From contig CAVSAC010000010.1 of assembly GCA_963725865.1 (NCBI GenBank), positions 704,001 through 768,000 of the forward strand: DNA of 64,000 nt. The letters run 5' to 3'. The notes under the pieces were generated by a model that saw nothing but the letters and a program-made list of their open reading frames with translations, was not told the origin of the DNA and made no database searches. A program made the position numbers and the translations under genes. Shown piece after piece: positions 20,592 through 31,074 of this stretch. This DNA is from Candidatus Eiseniibacteriota bacterium (GTDB lineage: Bacteria; Eisenbacteria; RBG-16-71-46). The first letter of the stretch is position 1. Each line of letters opens with the position of its first letter.

Positions 20592-21140
20592 ATGTTCCGT
20601 CACCGCATCGACGAACACGCCGAGTTGAGACTGTTGACACCCGCTGACGCCCGGGAGCTGTACGAGGTCACGGACGCCCATCGCGCGCACCTGCGGCGCT
20701 GGCTACCCTGGCTCGACGGTACGAGGTCGGCGTCGGACACTGAGGCGTTCATCCAATCCACCTTGCGGCAGTTCGCTGACGGTCAGGGATTCAACGCGGC
20801 GATCCTCATCGACGGGGCCATCGGCGGCGTGGTCGGGCACCATCGCATCTCATAGGCGAACCGCAGCACGTCGCTCGGTTACTGGCTCGCGGCCGCCCAC
20901 GAGGGGCACGGTTTCATGACGCGGGCCTGCCGCGCACTCGTCGGGCACGCGTTCACGGAACTGAACCTGAATCGCGTCGAGATCCGCTGCGCGAGCGACA
21001 ACGCTCGCAGCTGCGCGATCCCGGAACGCCTCTCGTTTCGCCGCGAAGGACTGCTGCGCGAGGCGGAATGGCTCTACGATCGTTTCGTGGACCACGTCGT
21101 CTACGGGCTCATCCGCTCGGAATGGAACGAGCCTCGTTGA
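20592..21140 (+). pseudogene. RimJ/RimL-family GNAT acetyltransferase with one in-frame TAG at 20853-20855
   Basis: Both halves in the same frame: HRIS*ANRSTSLGYWL...GFMTRACRAL...LNRVEIRCASDNARS. The stop falls where Trp (TGG) is expected. Confidence 0.8.
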
Positions 21141-21194
21141 TGCGCCCTGCCGGCTCGAAGTCGCGAGCGAATCGGCCGAATTCCCCGCGGGGAT

Positions 21195-21269
21195 TGGAGG
21201 CGGCACCCGGATTCGAACCGGGGAATAAGGGTTTTGCAGACCCTCGCCTTACCACTTGGCTATGCCGCC
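21195..21269 (-). tRNA. tRNA-Cys (GCA)
   Basis: GGCGGCATAGCCAAGTGGTAAGGCGAGGGTCTGCAAAACCCTTATTCCCCGGTTCGAATCCGGGTGCCGCCTCCA: cloverleaf, TTCGAAT T-loop, encoded CCA. Confidence 0.97.
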
Positions 21270-21497
21270 ACCACTGAGTTGAAGGGCAAGGAGTTATAGC
21301 GCAGCTGCAGGCGAAAATCCAGCCGCGAAGGGCCGAGAAGACCCTTGCCTTGCATCCTCCAATGGCGGCCGGAATCAGCCTCTTCTCAAGTGGATGCCGA
21401 GCCAAGGCGGTCGAGCAACACACCGAACTGCTACATTTCGTCCCGCCCGGCAGCTTGGCGCCAGGCTCAGACGCCCTTACCCACGAGGCAGTTCCCC

Positions 21498-23951
21498 TTG
21501 CCCGAGAATCAGACGCGTCGAGAGATGATCGAGCGGTCCATCCTTGAGACTGAGCAGCGCGTGGCTCGGCTCGATGCCGAACTGCAGGACGCTCGTAGAA
21601 TTCTCGAGGCAAACAAGGATGAACTGGGACGCGTTCGCGAGGAAGAGGGCAGATCGCACCGCAATGCGCGGGTTGCCGATGCCCCGGTTCAATCGTCCGC
21701 CGCGAAGATCGCGCTGTTCCGCAGCCTGTTCCGGGGTCGCCTCGATGTGTTCCCCAGGCTGTGGAGGAATTCCCGGACGGGGAAGCGCGGCTACGCGCCC
21801 GCGTGCAACAAGGAGTGGGTTCGTGGCATCTGCGAGAAGCCGCGAATCAAGTGCGGAGAATGCCCGAACCAGGCGTTTCTGCCGTTCGGCGATCAGGTCA
21901 TCCTCGATCACCTTCGGGGCCGCCACGTGGTCGGCGTGTACCCACTGCTGACGGACGAGACGTGTTGGTTGCTGGCAATCGATCTCGACAAGGCCTCGTG
22001 GATGGAGGATGTCGCCGCCCTACGCGAAACGTGCCGGGATATCGGAGTCCACCCGGCAGTCGAGCGATCGCGCTCCGGAAACGGCGCGCATGTCTGGTTC
22101 TTCTTCAGCGCGCCCGTCCCGGCGAGCACTGCGCGGAGGATGGCCTGCTACATCGTCACGGAAACGATGGCGCGGCGTCACCAGCTGAGCATGGACTCTT
22201 ACGACCGGCTCTTCCCGAACCAGGACACGATGCCCCGAGGTGGTTTCGGGAACCTAATCGCGCTCCCGTTCCAGCATGAGCCGCGTCAAGCGGGCAACAC
22301 GGTCTTCCTCGATGACCAGGGGTTGCCCCATCCCGATCAATGGGCCTATCTGGCTTCCATACCGAGATTGGCTCCGCAGGATGTTGACCGCATCGTGACC
22401 GAGGCCCAGCGAAGGGGTCTCGTGGTTGGGGTGCGATCGGCCGACTCAGCGGCAGACGATTGGAACGCGGCGCCCTGGGATCGCTCGCCGAGCAGGCTGC
22501 CGCCGCGGCCTCAGATCACCCAACCCCTTCCCAAGAACATCTTGGCCGTGCTCGCACAGCGTCTGTTCGTGGAGAAGGCGGGTCTGCCCTCCCCTCTACT
22601 GAACCAGATCAAACGCCTGGCCGCGTTCCAGAATCCGGAGTTCTTCAAGCGCCAGAATCTCCGTCTGTCGACGGCCCTGACGCCGCGCGTGATCTCGTGT
22701 GCAGAGGAGCTTGGCGATCACGTGGCGCTGCCCCGGGGCTGTCTGGTAGATCTCGGCAATCTGCTCCGGGAGTACGGCATCGAGTTGACAATCGAGGACA
22801 AGCGGGAAGCCGGAACCGCGCTCGAGGCCACTTTCCAAGGGACATTGACGCCAGCGCAGAAGCAGGCCGCACAGGCCCTGTTCCGACACGACGCCGGAGT
22901 TCTGGTCGCCCCGCCGGGCACCGGTAAGACCGTCGTCGGGATCTACCTTGCGGCCCGGCGCGCCCGCAGCACGCTGATCCTCGTCCATCGTCGTCCGCTC
23001 CTCGAACAATGGATCGCTCAGCTCGCCATCTTCCTGGGCGTTTCACCCGCCGAAATCGGCTGGATCGGCGCCGGCAAGAACAAATCCAACGGCAGGCTTG
23101 ACGTGGCCATGCTCCAGAGTCTGGTGCGAGGGGATCGGGTCGAGGACCTCGTTGCCGGCTACGGCCACGTGATCGTGGACGAGTGCCATCACGTTCCGGC
23201 CGTCTCGTTCGAGCGGGTCATGCGCGAAGTGAAGGCACGGTTCGTCACCGGACTTACCGCGACTCCGCAGCGCCGCGACGGACACCATCCCATCCTCGAG
23301 ATGCAGATTGGACCGATCCGTCACATCGTCGACTCTCGCAATCGTGCCGCGAGATCCTTTTCGCGCGAGCTCTTGGTGCGCGAGACAGGCTTCAGTCTGC
23401 CTCCGACCCCGACATCGCCGACGATTCAGGACGTATACCGCTGGCTCGCCGCTGATTCCAGGCGCAACTCGCTCATCGTTGACGACATCATCGGTGCGAT
23501 CGAGGCTGGCCGCTCACCGATCGTTCTGACGGAGCGCAGGGATCACCTCGAGTTCTTCTCCCTGGAACTTTCCAAGGCGGTGAAGAACGTCATCGTCCTG
23601 CAGGGCGGAATGACCGAGAAGACCCGCCGCGAGGTGTCAGAACGACTGGAGGCCACCCCGCGTGATGAAGAGCGGGTGATCGTGGCCACGGGCCGGTTCG
23701 CCGGCGAGGGATTCGACGACCCGCGGCTGGATACGCTCTTCCTCGCCCTCCCGGTCTCGTGGAAGGGCACCCTGATTCAGTACGCAGGTCGCCTCCATCG
23801 CCACCTTCCGGAGAAGACCGAAGTGCGGATCTACGACTACGTCGACGCCGGCGTCCCGCTACTGGACGCAATGTTCCGGAAACGGCTCAGGGGGTATCGC
23901 GCCATGGGCTATTCTGTCGACCCGCGGGCGAAGGGCGCGGCAGAGCAATAG
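21498..23951 (+). CDS. Archaeo-eukaryotic primase-like (TOTE-type) domain fused to SF2 DEAD/DEAH helicase
   Basis: IALFRSLFRGR, Cys cluster C..KPRIKCGEC, LAIDLD, ERSRSGNGAHVWFFF, GNLIALP; helicase APPGTGKT, DECHH, TATP, QYAGRLHR. Start uncertain (TTG 21498 or ATG 21526). Confidence 0.85.
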   Translation: MPENQTRREMIERSILETEQRVARLDAELQDARRILEANKDELGRVREEEGRSHRNARVADAPVQSSAAKIALFRSLFRGRLDVFPRLWRNSRTGKRGYAPACNKEWVRGICEKPRIKCGECPNQAFLPFGDQVILDHLRGRHVVGVYPLLTDETCWLLAIDLDKASWMEDVAALRETCRDIGVHPAVERSRSGNGAHVWFFFSAPVPASTARRMACYIVTETMARRHQLSMDSYDRLFPNQDTMPRGGFGNLIALPFQHEPRQAGNTVFLDDQGLPHPDQWAYLASIPRLAPQDVDRIVTEAQRRGLVVGVRSADSAADDWNAAPWDRSPSRLPPRPQITQPLPKNILAVLAQRLFVEKAGLPSPLLNQIKRLAAFQNPEFFKRQNLRLSTALTPRVISCAEELGDHVALPRGCLVDLGNLLREYGIELTIEDKREAGTALEATFQGTLTPAQKQAAQALFRHDAGVLVAPPGTGKTVVGIYLAARRARSTLILVHRRPLLEQWIAQLAIFLGVSPAEIGWIGAGKNKSNGRLDVAMLQSLVRGDRVEDLVAGYGHVIVDECHHVPAVSFERVMREVKARFVTGLTATPQRRDGHHPILEMQIGPIRHIVDSRNRAARSFSRELLVRETGFSLPPTPTSPTIQDVYRWLAADSRRNSLIVDDIIGAIEAGRSPIVLTERRDHLEFFSLELSKAVKNVIVLQGGMTEKTRREVSERLEATPRDEERVIVATGRFAGEGFDDPRLDTLFLALPVSWKGTLIQYAGRLHRHLPEKTEVRIYDYVDAGVPLLDAMFRKRLRGYRAMGYSVDPRAKGAAEQ

Positions 23952-24007
23952 GTAACAGGTGAAAGGGCCCCTCGGGCCGACGTCCATCAAGAGCGGCTGC
24001 TGCCCAT

Positions 24008-24382
24008 CTACCTCCTGGCTCGGGCGCCAGCAGTAGCGGCCCGCGGGTGGTCGTCCACCACGCGAAGATGCCCCATGCGGCGCGAATGTGGCGGCCGCGG
24101 CACAATCACGATCTGGACATCCTGACCAAGCGCGTTCAGGAAACGAAAGAGCCGGTCGGAAGAGAAGCCGCGAAGCCGCCCGCGCACCAGATCCGAGATA
24201 CTCGGCTGGTCAATGCTGAGGATTTCGGCTGCCTTCGCTTGTGTCAGCCCTCGCTTCTCGATGATCACCGCGATCCGGGCAGCAATCTCGGACTTGACGA
24301 GCAACTCAGCGCTCTGCGCAAGGCCGATGTCCTCGAAGACATTCCCGCTGCTCTGCTCGACGGGGATCTCGGTCCTGACCAC
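24008..24382 (-). CDS. XRE-family HTH antitoxin (HigA-like)
   Basis: SSGNVFEDIGL...LTQAKAAEILSIDQPSISDLVRGRLRGFSSDRL; directly downstream of the toxin. Start could instead be 24415. Confidence 0.88.
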   Translation of the reverse strand: MVRTEIPVEQSSGNVFEDIGLAQSAELLVKSEIAARIAVIIEKRGLTQAKAAEILSIDQPSISDLVRGRLRGFSSDRLFRFLNALGQDVQIVIVPRPPHSRRMGHLRVVDDHPRAATAGARARR

Positions 24383-24386
24383 TCGC

Positions 24387-24797
24387 CTATTCGCCCGACT
24401 TGCTCCAGCTCGCATGATCCTGCTCGGCTCGTCTGAGCCGCTCCTTGATGAGATCCAGGTCCTTCTGGGGTGTCTTGATGCCTCGCTTCGACTTCTTCTG
24501 AAAGGCGTGAAGCACGTAGATCGCGTCGGCGAACTTCACGGTGTAAACGGCCCGGTAGGTGTCGCTGTCGAAGTCTTCGACGAGTTCGAGTACGCCCGCT
24601 CCACCGAAGCCCCTGAGCGGCTTCGCGTCCTCGTGCTTCCCTCCCAGTTGAGCGATGAAGAGCGCTTGACCGATGACGTCCTTGACCGGCTCGGGAAACT
24701 CCCTCAAGTCCTTCCTCGAAGATCCCACCCAGAAGAGCGGCCTGACTGGCTGCTTCCCGGCTATTATGGCTCTTTGACCATATCGGCGCAAGGGCAT
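24387..24797 (-). CDS. RelE/ParE-superfamily (HigB/Gp49-like) toxin
   Basis: WVGSSRKDL..FP, KPLRGFGGAGVLEL, TYRAVYTVKF..AIYVLHAFQKKS. Start codon uncertain. Confidence 0.88.
   Translation of the reverse strand: MPLRRYGQRAIIAGKQPVRPLFWVGSSRKDLREFPEPVKDVIGQALFIAQLGGKHEDAKPLRGFGGAGVLELVEDFDSDTYRAVYTVKFADAIYVLHAFQKKSKRGIKTPQKDLDLIKERLRRAEQDHASWSKSGE
24763..24791 (-). promoter_or_regulatory. Toxin-antitoxin promoter with overlapping palindromic operator
   Basis: Minus strand TTGCGC-N17-CATAAT, overlapped by TATGG-N8-CCATA (24765-24782). Confidence 0.55.
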
Positions 24798-25118
24798 CCT
24801 TCCTTTAGGCAGATGCGGGCGGGCGCGAACGCTTGACCCATGCCAAGCATAGGCACATTGGCACGCCGACAGCATCTCTCGGCCAGCCTTTTCGAACGCG
24901 CATTGTGCGCGCCCGGGCGACTGCGGCAAGGGCTCAAACGACCTCGCCCTCGCCTGCTACAACTTGCTACGGTCTCAACTTCCTCAAGAGTCCTCTCGTG
25001 TCCTCTCCTGTCCCCTCAAAGGACATCGCCCCAGCGGGGCTAACCCGTTAGGGCGATTGGCTATCGGTTTGGGGCGATATCGCTTGCGTGCTCGGCGTTG
25101 AGAAATATGGCGCGAGAA

Positions 25119-25155
25119 TTTGCAGACCCTCGCCTTACCACTTGGCTATGCCGCC
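25119..25155 (-). repeat. 5' fragment of tRNA-Cys (att site)
   Basis: Exact copy of tRNA nt 1-37, ending at the last base of the anticodon loop. Confidence 0.92.
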
Positions 25156-25314
25156 TCGCGGGGTGATGCGCGGGCGAGGAAGATAGCAGCGCGGGCGCAA
25201 GCGCAGCAACCCGCTCCCATCGACTCGCTGCGGGCCGACTCTCGGCTAGACTGCGCGCGAACGCCGTCGCGCCGCGGGGCGGCCAGAACTGCGATCGCCT
25301 CCGAGGATGGCCCC

Positions 25315-26139
25315 GTGACCGACCTGAATCCCCATCGCAAGCAGATGGCCGACGAGTCCATGGTGCGCACGCTCGCCGCGCAGGCGCGCGCGATCTGGCC
25401 GCAGGAGGTGCCGCTTCTGCGCCACTACGGACTCGGCGACGACATCCGAATCCTCGACGCAGGTTGTGGCACCGGCGAGGTGGCCTCGCGGCTCGCCGAG
25501 CTGTTCCCGCGATCGCGGGTGCTGGGCGTCGACGTTCTCGACCACCACCTCGCGCTCGCACGCGAGCGCTACGCCTCGCTCGCGCCCCGACTCGCGTTCG
25601 AACACCAGAGCATCTTCGAGCTGGCGGCAGCCGACGCGACGTACGACCTCACGGTGTGCCGCCACGTGGTCCATTCGGTGCCCCACGCGGAGCGCGTGTT
25701 CGCCGAGCTGCAGCGCGTGACGCGGCCCGGCGGCTGGCTGCACGTGATCGCGGAGGACTACGGCATGCTCCACTTCCCCGCCGGCGACCGGGACCCGCGC
25801 GAGTTCTGGCACGAGGTGCCGGCCGGCTTCGGGGAGCAGACCGGCACGGACCTGTTCGTGGGGCGCCATGCCTACGGGCACTTCGTGGCGCTCGGGCTCA
25901 CCGACATCACGGTGGACTACGTGATCGTGGACACGGTGCGGGTGCCGCGCGAGACGTTCGCGAGCATCCTCGAGGCGTGGCGCGACGGCTACGTCGCGCC
26001 GATCGCCGAGACCACCCGCTTCACGCACGCGGAGGCCGCGGCCTACTTCGAGCGGATGATCGCAGACGTCCGCGATCCGCGGCGTTACGCGGTGTGGATG
26101 GTGCCGGTGATCGCGGGACGCGTGCCGCAGGCCGGCTGA
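25315..26139 (+). CDS. Class I SAM-dependent methyltransferase
   Basis: ILDAGCGTG, VLGVD, YDLTVCRHV, RVTRPGGWL; GAGG RBS before GTG. Confidence 0.88.
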   Translation: MTDLNPHRKQMADESMVRTLAAQARAIWPQEVPLLRHYGLGDDIRILDAGCGTGEVASRLAELFPRSRVLGVDVLDHHLALARERYASLAPRLAFEHQSIFELAAADATYDLTVCRHVVHSVPHAERVFAELQRVTRPGGWLHVIAEDYGMLHFPAGDRDPREFWHEVPAGFGEQTGTDLFVGRHAYGHFVALGLTDITVDYVIVDTVRVPRETFASILEAWRDGYVAPIAETTRFTHAEAAAYFERMIADVRDPRRYAVWMVPVIAGRVPQAG

Positions 26140-26284
26140 GGCGCCCGCGCGCCCGCGCCGCGCCGGCCGCGGCACTCCCCGGCCGCACGGGCATGATCGG
26201 CCGGTTCGCCCGCGGCGCGCCGTCGACCGAGATCTGCGCGAAGTAGACCCCGCCGTGCTCCGGGGGCGCACCCGATGGCCGCCG

Positions 26285-29200
26285 CTACTGCGCCAACACC
26301 AGCCGCCGCGTCTCCCGTCGATCGGGCGTGTCCAGGCGCAGGAAGTAGAGCCCCGCGGGCGCGTGCCGGCCGGAGTCGTCGGCGCCACGCCACTCGAACG
26401 GGTATTCACCCGCCTCGAGCACACCGTTCTGCAGCATGGCCACCCGGCGACCGGCGATATCGCTCACTGTCAGTCGCACCGATTGGACGTGGGAGACCGC
26501 CAGCGTGAACCGCACCGTGCCGGTCGCGGGATTCGGGAACGGCGCGCGGCTGAACCCGGTCACCCGATGGACGATGGGCGGCGCCGGATCGAGCGGCGGC
26601 ACGTCCAGCACCCGGCCTTGCGTCACCTCGAGCACCCACACGTCGCCGAGCCGGCCGGCGGCGCCGAGGCCGCCGAAGACCACCATGCGCGCACCCGCCT
26701 GGACGGCGGTGTGACGCGAACGAGCCGCCGGCGGACCGCTGGTGGCGACGGGACGGCCCAGCTCGGCGAGCCGGCCAGGCCGTTCGCGCCCGCCACGGTG
26801 GCGATCGCCGCGCTCGGCGTGCCGGCGATCTCACCGCCGTAGACGATCAGATCGTTCGTCGTCGCGCGATACGCGGCGCTCGAGGCGCGCGTCGCGAGTG
26901 GAGTGCCGCTGGTGGTCGGCTGCGACCACACGGGCGTGCCGACGAGTCCGTTCGCGTGCGAGAGCGTCCACAGGTCACCGGTCGGATCCGCGCACGGTGC
27001 CGCTCCGCCCATCAGGATCATCACGTTGTTCGTGGCGTCGTACGCGGCGCGCTGACCCATCCTGGCGGACGGCGGCGTGCCACTGGGGGCCAGCGCGGAC
27101 CACGCCGCGGTCGCGACGTTGTCGGCGTTCAGCATCACCCACGCGTCGTTCGCCGCACTGCCGCAGGTTCCCGGCGCGGCGCTGCCGCCGAACACGGTCA
27201 TCCGGTGAGTGGCCGGGTCGTACACCGCGCTGGCGCCGCTGCGAGCGCCCGGACCGGCGCCGGGCGACAGCACGCTCCACGCGGGCGTGCCCCCGAGACC
27301 GTTGGCGTTCGACAGCACCCACGCGTCGCCCAGCGCGTTGGCGGGCGCGGCGCCGTCATCGCCGCCGAAGACGATCATGCGGTTGCTCGCCGGGTCGTAG
27401 ACCGCGGTGTGGTTCTGACGGGCGGCGGGCGACGTCCCGGTCGGACTGAGCTGCGTCCACGCCGGCGAGCCGCCCTGACCATCGGCGTGGGTCAGCACCC
27501 AGACGTCCGCCAGCATCCCGGCGTTGCCGCGGCCGCCGAACACGATCATGCGGTCGTTGGTCTCGTCGAGCACCGCGGTGTGACCGTCGCGGTCCATCGC
27601 AACGGGCATCGACGGCAGCAGGTGCACCCACGTCATCGACACCGCGACCAGCGACACGCCGGTCGCGCTGTAGCGCGGCTCGAGCGAGATGCCGTTCCCG
27701 AGGTCGAGGCCGGTGAAGTGGAGCAGGCCCGAGACCGAGCCGCCGGTGACCACCTGGAAGCTCTGGCCGACCGCCGGAACGAAACCGTTCGATCAGCGCC
27801 ACCGCCACCGTGCCGTCGAGCGTGACCGCGCCGGTCACCGCGAGCTGGTCGTAGCCCGTGCCCGGCAGTCCGCCGCCGATCTCGATCGCGACCGAGCTGG
27901 TCGGGCTCATCGGGCAGGGCCCGGTCACGTGGAAGACGCCCGGCGAGGCGCCGGGAGCGATCGCGCCCTGGTCGCTGAACGTCACCGCGACGGGATGACG
28001 AGCGTCCCGGCGCCCGCGAGCGTTCCGGTCGGTGCAGTTCGTGAACGCGCCGGCGCTGGGCGTGAGCGAGCGGGTCGCGGCGATCGTGATGGTGCCGGAG
28101 TTGGTGAAGCTCGGCGTGGTGCCCGACTGCGTCACGGCCAGATCGCCGCCGGTGACGTTGATCGAGCCGCTGTTGGTGTGCTGTGCCGAGGCCTTCGCGA
28201 GCGTGGACGCCAGTCCGATGTCCAGCGTGCCCTGGTTGTCGAGCACCAGCCCCAGCGTGCGCGTTCCGCCGCCCGCTCCCGCCAGCGTCGCGATCGAGCG
28301 ACCCGGCGCGTTCGTCAGCGTGCCGGCCGTGACGTTCAGCGTCGCCCCCCAGCTGATCGTCGTGTTGGTCAGCTCGATGGTCCCGTTGTTCGTGAACCCG
28401 TTCGCCACCGTCAGCGTGGCGGTGCCGTTCGAACCATTCCCCGATATCCGCAGCGTGGAGCCCGCGGCGATGGTCAGCGCTCCGTTCTGGTTGCTGGTGC
28501 CGAGCCACACCAGCGTGCCGTTGTTGGTCAGCGACGCGTTCACCGTGCACGCCGAGAGCGAAGGAATGGCGCCGACGCTCACGGTCAGCGCGCCGGGGCC
28601 ATTGATCGTGCAATTCGTGGCGCTGAACCCCAGCGTCGAGAGGGTGAGCGGGACGCCCAGATTCACCGTCGCGTTGCTGGTGGTCCACGCCCCGCCGCCG
28701 GTGATCGTTCCGGCATTCAGGTTGAAGGTCCCATTCGTGACGATGAGCGTGCGCGAGGCCGGCACCGTGACGCTCCCGGTGGTGGTGAAGCTCGGCAGGG
28801 TTCCGCTCTGCGTGATCGTCAGGTCGCCGCCGCTCAGCGTGATCGAGCCGCTGTGGCTGTGCTGCGCCGAGGGCTTCGCGAGCGTGGTCGCCACCCCGAT
28901 GTCCAGCGTGCCCTGGTTGTCGAGCGTCAGCCCCAGCGTGCGCGCCCCCCCGCCCGCTCCCGCCAGCGTCGCGATCGAGCGCCCCGGCGCGTTCGTCAGC
29001 GTGCCGGCCGTGACGTTCAGCGTCGCCCCCCAGCTGAGCGTCGTGTTGGTCAGCTCGATGGTCCCGTTGTTGGTGAAGCCGTTCGCCACCGTCAGCGTGG
29101 CGGTGCCGTTCGAACCATTCCCCGATATCCGCAGCGTGGAGCCCGCGCCGGTGGTCAGCGCGCCGTTCTGGTTGCTGGTGCCGAGCCACACCAGCGTGCC

Positions 29201-30949
29201 GTTGTTGGTCAGCGGCGCATTCACGGTGGTGGCCGCGAACGTCTGCGACTGACCGGCGTCCACCGTCAGCAGCCCGGGGCCGTTGAGGGTCGAGGCCGAG
29301 GGCGTGAACAGGAGCGACGTCAGCGTGAACGGCACCGCGAAGTTCACGGTCACGTTGCTGGTGGTCCACGCCCCGCCGCCGGTGATCGTCCCGGCATTCA
29401 GGTTGAAGGTCCCATTCGTGACGGTGAGCGTGCGCGAGGCCGGCACCGTGATGCTCCCGGTGGTGGTGAAGCTCGGCGTGGTTCCGCTCTGGGTGATCGC
29501 CAGGTCGCCGCCCGTGAGGTTGATCGAGCCGCTGCTGGTGTGCACCGCCGAGGGCTTCGCGAGCGTGGTCGCCACCCCGATGTCCAGCGTGCCCTGGTTG
29601 TCGAGCGTCAGCCCCAGCGTGCGCGCCCCCCCGCCCGCTCCCGCCAGCGTCGCGATCGAGCGCCCCGGCGCGTTCGTCAGCGTGCCGGCCGTGACGTTCA
29701 GCGCCACCCCCCAGCTGAGCGTCGTGTTGGTCAGCTCGATGGTCCCGTTGTTGGTGAAGCCGTTCGCCACCGTCAGCGTGGCGGTGCCGTTCGAACCATT
29801 CCCCGATATCCGCAGCGTGGAGCCCGCGCCGGTGGTCAGCGCGCCGTTCTGGTTGCTGGTGCCGAGCCACACCAGCGTGCCGTTGTTGGTCAGCGGCGCA
29901 TTCACCGTGGTGGCCGCGAACGCCTGCGACTGACCGGCGTCCACCGTCAGCAGCCCGGGGCCGTTGAGGGTCGAGGCCGAGGGCGTGAACAGGAGCGACG
30001 TCAGCGTGAACGGCACCGCGAAGTTCACGGTCACGTTGCTGGTGGTCCACGCCCCGCCGCCGGTGATCGTCCCGGCATTCAGGTTGAAGGTCCCATTCGT
30101 GACGGTGAGCGTGCGCGAGGCCGGCACCGTGATGCTCCCGGTGGTGGTGAAGCTCGGCGTGGTTCCGCTCTGGGTGATCGCCAGGTCGCCGCCCGTGAGG
30201 TTGATCGAGCCGCTGCTGGTGTGCACCGCCGAGGGCTTCGCGAGCGTGGTCGCCACCCCGATGTCCAGCGTGCCCTGGTTGTCGAGCGTCAGCCCCAGCG
30301 TGCGCGCCCCCCCGCCCGCTCCCGCCAGCGTCGCGATCGAGCGCCCCGGCGCGTTCGTCAGCGTGCCGGCCGTGACGTTCAGCGCCACCCCCCAGCTGGC
30401 CACCGTGTTGGTCAGCTCGATGGTCCCGTTGTTCGTGAACCCGTTCGCCACCGTCAGTGTGGCGGTGCCGTTCGTACCGTTTCCGGACACCCGGATCAGC
30501 GACGTGGCGGCGGTCGTCAGTGGGTTCGAGACGGTGGAGCTCCCCAGCGCCGTGAGGCTGCCCGCCATCGCCAGCGAGCCGGCTCCGGCAAGAGTGGCGC
30601 CCGCCAGGCGCAGCGCGCCATTCGCGCCGACCGAGGAGGCCGCGGCGAGCGTGAGCGTGTGATTCCCGAAATCGAGCGTCTGGGTCCCCGATGCCCCGCC
30701 GAGTGCCAGCGAGTTGACCGACGGGTTCACATCGAGCGTCACCGTGTACGTGCCGGCGAGCGCGATCACTGCGTCGTCGGCGGCACCCGGCACCTGCGCG
30801 GGGGACCAGTTGGCCGCGGTGTTCCAGTTGCCGCCGGCGGCGTTGTTCCAGGTGATCGTGGCCGCGCCGGCGACGGACGCCACGCCGAACGACAACACGA
30901 TGAGGGCGGCCAGGGCGAAGGGCGAGAACGAGGGCGGGAAGACGCGCAT
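26285..30949 (-). CDS. Large secreted adhesin-like protein (G/T/N-rich repeats, Kelch-like propeller, FlgD/T9SS-like tail); frameshifted as assembled
   Basis: Signal peptide then ATITWNNAAGGNWNTAANW; 227-aa repeats; GYDQLAVTG; Kelch-like HTAVYD..NRMIVFGG; tail FPNP...GLYFLRL. Frame changes near 28030, 27990, 27790 and 26745. Confidence 0.75.
28100..30500 (-). repeat. Intragenic tandem repeat, 681-bp unit, about 3.5 copies
   Basis: Anchor CGATCGAGCG recurs at 28291, 28972, 29653 and 30334; the central copies are nearly identical at DNA level. Confidence 0.92.
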
Positions 30950-31074
30950 GAGAGGTGCTCCGTGGCAGGGGTCCGCCGCGGCGAACTCGGGCGAGCTCGG
31001 GCCGCTATGGAGGGATAGACGCTCGAACGGCCCAGAAATCACACGCGGCTCGCGGTCGGGGATCGGCCCGGCGC

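Larger units (their letters stand above)
21233..25155. mobile_element. Genomic island integrated in tRNA-Cys, bounded by 37-bp direct repeats; no integrase
   Basis: Identical TTTGCAGACCCTCGCCTTACCACTTGGCTATGCCGCC at 21233-21269 and 25119-25155; interior visibly less GC-rich; defence/TA-type cargo. Confidence 0.88.

Noticed and set aside
28100..30500. Repeats as a CRISPR array or mobile element
   Set aside because: They are in-frame 681-bp coding repeats with no spacers. No CRISPR array or cas gene was seen in the window.
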